Below, piece by piece: positions 48,237 through 53,503 of a stretch of 53,503 nt of DNA. The stretch covers positions 1-53,503 of the IMG/VR virus record IMGVR_UViG_3300015370_000019. The stretch is one strand, 5' to 3'. This DNA comes from a virus (taxonomy: Duplodnaviria; Caudoviricetes). Within the stretch, counting starts at the first letter, position 1; each line of letters starts with the position of its first letter. The notes under the pieces are model-generated. The model was not told where the DNA came from and made no database searches. It saw only the letters and a list, made by a program, of their open reading frames with translations. The translations under genes and the position numbers were made by a program.

Positions 48237-48607
48237 GCCGGCCAGAAGCAATCAACCTCGTTGAGCAGATCCGCGAAGCCTCAGAAGCGCTTCGCGGCAT
48301 CGGCTGCACCGAGCCTCTCAGAGACGTTCTCGAACAGGAAATCACCGCGCTCGATCGGCCGGCTGGCAAGCAGCCGCCGGCCGCCTTCGTTTTCCAGCGC
48401 ACGCTCGATGCCTATCTCGCGGCGTGGCCTGAAAGCCCGCGCGACTCGGTGATCTATGGGCTGGTCAGGACACTCGCCAACTACGTCAGCGCAAACTGGT
48501 CAGGGGATGCTGCAATCGCACAATCGAAAACCGTGGCCGGCTCGATCGAGCGCAGCGTCAGGCGCCACGTCGACGCGGCAGCGTTGCAACCAGATGAGGT
48601 GCACTGA
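48233..48607 (+). CDS. Hypothetical early protein
   Basis: ATGA overlap with the upstream gene. Confidence 0.6.
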   Translation: MSRPEAINLVEQIREASEALRGIGCTEPLRDVLEQEITALDRPAGKQPPAAFVFQRTLDAYLAAWPESPRDSVIYGLVRTLANYVSANWSGDAAIAQSKTVAGSIERSVRRHVDAAALQPDEVH

Positions 48608-48936
48608 TGGGCAGCGCAGCCGACCGCAATGAGTGGACGTGCAGCGGCTTCGAAGCACTGCGCGCCGGCCAGCCGATGAGCGCGTGCCCGCACCCTGAAG
48701 GCAGCGTGGCGCGCCAGGAATGGATGTCGGGTTGGGAAACGGCAGCGCTTGGCGCCGCAACCGATGCCGCGCAATCGGCAACGATCGTGGCGGCCATGCC
48801 CTACATCATCGAGGCGCTCGATCAGGCGGATTTTCTCGCCAAGACGCTGCAAGGCAAGAAGCTGACGCCGCGCGATCGCCAGAACATCGTGGCAGCGGTG
48901 CACGCCTTGCAGGCGGCGCGCGCAAAGGTCACCTGA
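48607..48936 (+). CDS. Protein with ribosome-modulation-factor (Rmf)-like motif
   Basis: GFEA...G.PMSACPH......RQEWMSGW. Confidence 0.65.
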   Translation: MGSAADRNEWTCSGFEALRAGQPMSACPHPEGSVARQEWMSGWETAALGAATDAAQSATIVAAMPYIIEALDQADFLAKTLQGKKLTPRDRQNIVAAVHALQAARAKVT

Positions 48937-48937
48937 G

Positions 48938-49297
48938 ATGGCCGGGATTGATGACAGCGCGGCGCAGGGCGGCGCCAGTTTCGGGGCAGCCGCTGCATCG
49001 ATCCCGGCCTCACCGATTGCCGAACAGATCGCCTGCGTGGCCAGCGAGATCGCCATGCGCGAGAGGGTCTATCCGAAGTGGGTCAATTCGAAACGCATGA
49101 CGGCCGAAAAGGCTGCGGCCGAACTCGAAACGATGCAGGCGGTGCGGCGCACGCTTCAATGGCTGCAGGCCAACGAGGCCCGCATCAAATCCAAGGTCGA
49201 AATCATCACGCGCGTTGAGAGTGAAGCAGCGTTCCGGGCGGCCCTCGCGGCCTTCCCAGATGCGGAACTGAACTACATTCAGGAAACGGGAGAGTGA
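48938..49297 (+). CDS. Hypothetical phage protein
   Basis: EQIACV..EIAMRERVYPKWV...RM....A..E...M.AV..TL. Confidence 0.7.
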   Translation: MAGIDDSAAQGGASFGAAAASIPASPIAEQIACVASEIAMRERVYPKWVNSKRMTAEKAAAELETMQAVRRTLQWLQANEARIKSKVEIITRVESEAAFRAALAAFPDAELNYIQETGE

Positions 49298-51216
49298 CGA
49301 TGACGGAAGCAACCGAGAGCCCGCGCTTGCGCGAAGTGGCCTTTGCCGATCTGGTGACGCCAGATGAAATCAACGCGCGCGAGTCGGCCTCGAGCCGCAA
49401 GAGCATCGAGGAACTCGCCAACGCGATCCACGCCAAGGGGCTGATCAACCCGCTGGTGGTGCGGCCCGGCGATGGCGGCAAATTCGAGGTGGCCGATGGC
49501 CGGCGGCGCTTCAAGGCCATGCAACTGCTCATTCGCAGCAAACGCATGAACCGCAAGGACGTGGTGCCAGTCATCGTGCGCAACGAGGATGACGCCGAGG
49601 CACTCGAAACCTCGCTGATGGCCAACACGTACCGCGAGGACATGCACCCGGTCGATCATTTCTCGACGTTCGCCAGGCTGATCGAGCGCGGCCGTTCGGA
49701 AGCCGACATTGCCGCCACCTATTGCCTCGATGAGCGCACCGTCAAGCAGCGCCTGGCGCTCGGCAAGCTGGCCCCTGAAATCCGCGACGCCTGGCGCAAG
49801 GACAAAATCGACGCCGAGGCAGCCCAGGCCTTCACCATCCACCCCAGCCACGATGTGCAGCTGGCCGCATTCGAATCGATCAAGCGGCAGCGCTGCGGCT
49901 ATTCACGCCAAACCGTGCGCCGCGAGCTCGCCGGCAAGAAGGTGCCGGCCGGCCAGGTGTCGGCGGCCATGCTCGAAAATTACGTTGCCGCCGGCGGCAC
50001 CATTACCGACTCGCTGTTCGATGATGAGCGGTTCCTCGATGACGGTGCCCTGCTGAAGACGCTCAAGGCAGATGAGCGCGCACAGCAGATCAGCGAGGCG
50101 CGCGCGTGGCTCGCCGGTCATGGTTGGAGTTGGGTGGCGGAAGCCGCCGAGCTGCCAGATGAGTGGCGCTGGCAGTGGGAACGCATCCGCGTTGATCATA
50201 CGCTTTCCAGCGACGAGCTCGCCGCCATCAACGCATTGGAAGACCAGGCTGAGGCCTGCGACAGCGAAGCCAAGGCCGATGCGCTGCAGGCCAAGGCCGA
50301 TCGCCTGCTCATGCAGTCTGAAATCGACCAGTTCACGCCGGAAATGCGCGCCAGGTGCGGCGCGGTGATCTCGGTGCAGAGCTGGAATGGCAGAGTTGAT
50401 ATTGCCGTTGGCATCGTCAAGCCCAGCACCGATGGCACGGCCGATCTCGAAACCATCATTGACGCGGCCGGGCGGCAACCGGAGCCGGGCGCTGACGAAC
50501 CCGCCGACGTTGAAGCGGGCGAGAGCGAAGGCGCCAGCGGCGATCAGGACGAAAGCGAGGCCGGTGTGCTGATCTCAACGGCGCTTCTGCGCGACATCAC
50601 GGCCGCGCAGACCGATGCGGCGCGTGCCGTCATCGCCAACGGCAGCGGCCATCTGGCGCTGTGCGTGGCCGTGGCGGCGCTCGAGGCCGCAAGCTATGGC
50701 TCGCCGGCCAAGCTGCAGATCACCCATGAAGCGGCGGTGCCGCGTTCACGTGGCGGCAACTTTGCCTCGGTTCTTGGCACGCTCACCGGGATGGCGCATG
50801 CCGACGTGCTCGAGCACTTCACCAACCAGGTGGCGGAAAGCCTCAACCTCGAGGCCTTCAGCAACAAGGCGCCGCGCACGGCGAGCGAGGCCCTGGTGGC
50901 GGCACTCGACGGCGCGGCGTACTTGCGCGAAATGCGCGAGCGCTTTGCGGTTGAGGATTATTTCAAGCGCGCCCAGCGCGATCTGATTTTTGACGCCATC
51001 GGTGAAATGGAGGAGGCCGGCGTCACCGGGCCGATCCCTGAAACCGCCATCGACTGGAAGAAAGCGGCGCTTGTTGAGTTCGCGGCCAGGCATGCCAGCG
51101 CCTGCGGCTGGCTGCCGGTGGAGTTGCGCCACCCGGACTATGCGCTCGAGGTCCGCGAACGACGCCTCACCGGCAAGGATGCGGCGGCAGAACAGTCAGG
51201 CGAGGTGGCGGCATGA
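49294..51216 (+). CDS. Long ParB/Spo0J-family protein
   Basis: N.R, ELA..I...GL..PL.VR, DGRRRF.A (arginine patch), N..REDMHP and an HTH. Confidence 0.88.
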   Translation: MTMTEATESPRLREVAFADLVTPDEINARESASSRKSIEELANAIHAKGLINPLVVRPGDGGKFEVADGRRRFKAMQLLIRSKRMNRKDVVPVIVRNEDDAEALETSLMANTYREDMHPVDHFSTFARLIERGRSEADIAATYCLDERTVKQRLALGKLAPEIRDAWRKDKIDAEAAQAFTIHPSHDVQLAAFESIKRQRCGYSRQTVRRELAGKKVPAGQVSAAMLENYVAAGGTITDSLFDDERFLDDGALLKTLKADERAQQISEARAWLAGHGWSWVAEAAELPDEWRWQWERIRVDHTLSSDELAAINALEDQAEACDSEAKADALQAKADRLLMQSEIDQFTPEMRARCGAVISVQSWNGRVDIAVGIVKPSTDGTADLETIIDAAGRQPEPGADEPADVEAGESEGASGDQDESEAGVLISTALLRDITAAQTDAARAVIANGSGHLALCVAVAALEAASYGSPAKLQITHEAAVPRSRGGNFASVLGTLTGMAHADVLEHFTNQVAESLNLEAFSNKAPRTASEALVAALDGAAYLREMRERFAVEDYFKRAQRDLIFDAIGEMEEAGVTGPIPETAIDWKKAALVEFAARHASACGWLPVELRHPDYALEVRERRLTGKDAAAEQSGEVAA

Positions 51217-51509
51217 AATCAGAACCGCAATTCGCGCCGGTCATTGGCGGTGAAAACCACGGCCGATCATTCGCGATAGTTGACCGCCAGGTTGGGCAGG
51301 TAATCATTGTCCCCATGAACGGTGAGCACGAAACAGCTAGGGGTGTTGGCCAACCCAACGACCACTGTGAGACGCTGCGGCTTGGCACAATTCATACCGG
51401 CGACCAGCAACAGCATTTTTGGGTGCCGTATCTGATCCCTGCAGAAGATGAGATTGAGCACGTGCTCAAATGGGCAGCACGACCGATCACCGGAGGGCGC
51501 CCTGAATGA
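51213..51509 (+). CDS. Hypothetical protein
   Basis: ATGA overlaps at both ends; lower GC. Confidence 0.5.
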   Translation: MKSEPQFAPVIGGENHGRSFAIVDRQVGQVIIVPMNGEHETARGVGQPNDHCETLRLGTIHTGDQQQHFWVPYLIPAEDEIEHVLKWAARPITGGRPE

Positions 51510-51778
51510 CCAGCATCGAACCAAGCGGCGCATGCGCGTTGAGCCTGCACAGCGAGCTGCAACAGCGGCTGCCGATGTGGGTGGTCTACGACAGGCCGAC
51601 CGACTTTCCCGAAAACGTCATTGCCCGGATGTGGCTGACGCTGCCGCGCTGCGAACCGACCAGCGTGGCGGTGATCGGCGGCACGGTCGATGCTGTCAGA
51701 GACGCGCTGCCGCCGGGACTGGTGCGCCTCGATCGCAACCCCGGCGATGAACCGCAGATTGTCGAGGTGTGGTTATGA
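51506..51778 (+). CDS. Hypothetical phage protein
   Basis: WVVYDRP.DFP...IAR.W...R..LPPGL....R.P.D.P.IVEVWL. Confidence 0.7.
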   Translation: MTSIEPSGACALSLHSELQQRLPMWVVYDRPTDFPENVIARMWLTLPRCEPTSVAVIGGTVDAVRDALPPGLVRLDRNPGDEPQIVEVWL

Positions 51779-52044
51779 GCGACAAGCAAATCAGCGATGC
51801 GGTGAAGGCGCGCTTGCTGCGCGAGGCGGAGCAACGTGCACTCGATGCCGTGGCCTGCGTGCCGGTCAACGAGGCCATCGTCGTGCTCGCCCGTGTGCTG
51901 GCGAGGCACATGGTGACGGCCTGCCGTCGCAACGAACCTTTTGCCGTGCTGTCCATGGTCACCGGGCTCATCGCCAGCTCGTTCGTGGCCGCCTATCAAG
52001 AAAAGCAGCGGCGCGACCAGGAGCGCCGGCAGGGCATGAACTGA
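51775..52044 (+). CDS. Hypothetical protein
   Basis: Overlapping start and stop codons. Confidence 0.55.
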   Translation: MSDKQISDAVKARLLREAEQRALDAVACVPVNEAIVVLARVLARHMVTACRRNEPFAVLSMVTGLIASSFVAAYQEKQRRDQERRQGMN

Positions 52045-52466
52045 TGCCGCAGATTGCGCCCCGCTATACTCTGCAAGAGGCGGTGGAAAAGTTTTTTCCA
52101 CAGGCAGCCCGCGTGACGCCGCGCGGGTTGGCGGCGGCGGTGCGCAAAGGCCGGTTGCGGGCGGAAAAGGTTTGCGGGCAGTATCTCGTGACCGAGCAGG
52201 CGCTGGCCGATTTCCTCAACGCCTGCACCTATCACCCCGATGCGTTGCAGGAACGTCAACCATGCCACGGCCAACCAAACCACCCCGGCTCTACCTCAGG
52301 GCCGGCCGCCAAGGCCGTGCCGCCAAATGGGCCATCCTCGATGGATCAAAAGAGATTGGCACGGGTGCGGGCGCAGACGACATTGCGGCGGCTGAGCGGG
52401 CGCTCGAAACCTACCTCGCCGGCAAGCGGCAACCGCCAACCTCAGGGTGCCTCAGCGAAATCCTGA
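52044..52466 (+). CDS. Excisionase-like protein
   Basis: TLQEA...T..GL....RKGRL..EKV.G.YLVT...L..F MerR-like wHTH; overlaps the integrase start. Confidence 0.7.
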   Translation: MPQIAPRYTLQEAVEKFFPQAARVTPRGLAAAVRKGRLRAEKVCGQYLVTEQALADFLNACTYHPDALQERQPCHGQPNHPGSTSGPAAKAVPPNGPSSMDQKRLARVRAQTTLRRLSGRSKPTSPASGNRQPQGASAKS

Positions 52467-53419
52467 TCGACGACGTGATCACGCTTTATCTCGAGGAAGT
52501 GGCCGAAAAATCGCCATCGCGGGAGTGGCTGTGCCACACGGCGGCGCCGGCACTCGAATGGTGGGGCGGCAAGACGCTGAGCGAAGTGCGCGGCAAAAGC
52601 TGCCGTGATTATGTCACCTGGCGCACGGAGCAAACCATCCGCCACACCGGGCGCCGGGTTTCCGAACAGACCGCGCGCCATGACCTGAAGACGCTGCGCG
52701 CGGCCATCAACCACTTCCACGCCGAGCATGGGCCGCTCAACAGCGTGCCCAAGGTGTCGCTGCCGGCGCGGGCGCCGCAACGCACCGACTACTGGCTGAC
52801 ACGCGATGCCGTGGCGGCGCGGCTGCGGGCAGCCAGGGCGCGCGAAGAAACCAGCCATGTCGCCCGCATGATCCTCATCGGCATTTACACCGGCACGCGG
52901 CCAGGTGCCGTCCTCAAGCTGCAATGGCTGCCCTCGGCTGCCGGCGGCTGGGTCGATCTCGAGCGCGGCGTCATCCACCGCCAGGCGAGCGGCGCCCGGC
53001 AGACGCGCAAGAAAGCCACGCCGGTGCGCATCCATCGGCGCTTGATCGGTTTTCTGAGGCGTTGGCGGGAGCGCGATCTGGCACGCGGCATCGTCAATGT
53101 GATCAGCTATCGCGGCCGGCCGGTCAACAAGCTGCGGCGTTCATGGGCCGGCGTGCGCGCGGCCGCCGGGCAAGGCGATCGCACGGACGGCCCGCACATC
53201 CTCAGGCACACGGCGGCAACGTGGCTGATGCAGGCCGGTGTCGACACCGCCGAAGCCGCCGACTTTCTCGGCATGACGCCGCAAACGCTGTGGAACGAAT
53301 ACGGCCACCACCACCCCGACTTTCAGGACGCGGCCGCCAACGCCGTTGCCAAGCGCCCAGGAAACGCCCAGGAAACCACTGGCGGGAAGGTGATAAAAGT
53401 CGCGTTCAACCGCAGCTAG
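52262..53419 (+). CDS. int: Tyrosine integrase
   Basis: YTGTRPG (R), HILRHT (HxxR), FLGM and NEYGHH (Y); adjacent to attR. Confidence 0.95.
   Translation: MPRPTKPPRLYLRAGRQGRAAKWAILDGSKEIGTGAGADDIAAAERALETYLAGKRQPPTSGCLSEILIDDVITLYLEEVAEKSPSREWLCHTAAPALEWWGGKTLSEVRGKSCRDYVTWRTEQTIRHTGRRVSEQTARHDLKTLRAAINHFHAEHGPLNSVPKVSLPARAPQRTDYWLTRDAVAARLRAARAREETSHVARMILIGIYTGTRPGAVLKLQWLPSAAGGWVDLERGVIHRQASGARQTRKKATPVRIHRRLIGFLRRWRERDLARGIVNVISYRGRPVNKLRRSWAGVRAAAGQGDRTDGPHILRHTAATWLMQAGVDTAEAADFLGMTPQTLWNEYGHHHPDFQDAAANAVAKRPGNAQETTGGKVIKVAFNRS
53355..53376 (+). repeat. Putative integrase arm-type sites, right arm
   Basis: Two tandem GCCCAGGAAAC copies inside the integrase 3' end, about 80 bp from attR. 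Confidence 0.7.
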
Positions 53420-53457
53420 TCGCCTGATATTTCAACAAGTTAGCTGGCGGTCGCTAT

Positions 53458-53503
53458 CTTCGGGAGCAAGGGGTCGGGAGTTCGAATCTCCCCGCTCCGA
53501 CCA
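53458..53503 (+). repeat. attR core, a duplicated tRNA-Pro 3' fragment
   Basis: Identical to 1-46; the preceding bases (GCTAT) cannot form the anticodon stem, so this is the displaced copy. Confidence 0.95.

Larger units (their letters stand above)
1..53503. mobile_element. Complete temperate prophage (lambda-like head, P2-like contractile tail) integrated at tRNA-Pro
   Basis: Identical 46-bp terminal repeats; integrase, repressor, replication, terminase, portal, capsid, baseplate, sheath/tube, tape measure and lysis genes in modular order. Confidence 0.97.

Noticed and set aside
49294-53419. Linear-plasmid (N15/VP882-type) lifestyle
   Set aside because: No protelomerase, ParA or RepA primase-helicase; integrase and att repeats indicate chromosomal integration
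53458-53503. A second intact tRNA gene
   Set aside because: It lacks the 5' acceptor strand, D-arm and 5' anticodon stem
1-53503. Frequent CTCGAG/TCGA words as a repeat signal
   Set aside because: Explained by preferred codons (CTC GAG, ATC/GTC GAN) in coding DNA; not quantified

Overview
The window is one complete 53.5 kb temperate prophage. The host is most likely an alphaproteobacterium: the sequence is GC-rich and carries a GapR/DUF2312 gene, a GcrA-like domain and a suhB/alpha-r8-like sRNA. A perfect 46-bp direct repeat (1-46 and 53458-53503) bounds it and matches the 3' half of tRNA-Pro(CGG). From right to left the modules are: tyrosine integrase, xis-like gene and ParB-like early arm (+ strand); cI/cro switch with TGTGA-N4-TCACA operators; replication and nucleotide-metabolism genes with an iteron origin, SNF2 helicase, HD hydrolase and dUTPase (-); a + strand accessory island (30.7-33.6 kb); lambda-type packaging and head genes; a P2-like contractile tail; a frameshifted DNA methyltransferase; the lysis cassette; and a thermonuclease moron beside attL. 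Five signals stand out. (1) The accessory island pairs a small HTH gene with a ~380-nt structured, AAGC-rich untranslated RNA under promoters sharing one 19-bp operator, upstream of a membrane/coiled-coil/HTH gene. (2) A family of intergenic CAACAC-N10-13-GTGTTG palindromes/hairpins is spread across the early, late and accessory regions. (3) The CI repressor has lost both the catalytic Ser and the Ala-Gly site of its S24 self-cleavage domain. (4) The methyltransferase has a histone-H1-like tail and is broken at a G8 tract. (5) The phage carries a suhB/MmgR-like sRNA and a near-consensus parS. All product names come from recognising motifs by eye and from gene order; no database searches were run.
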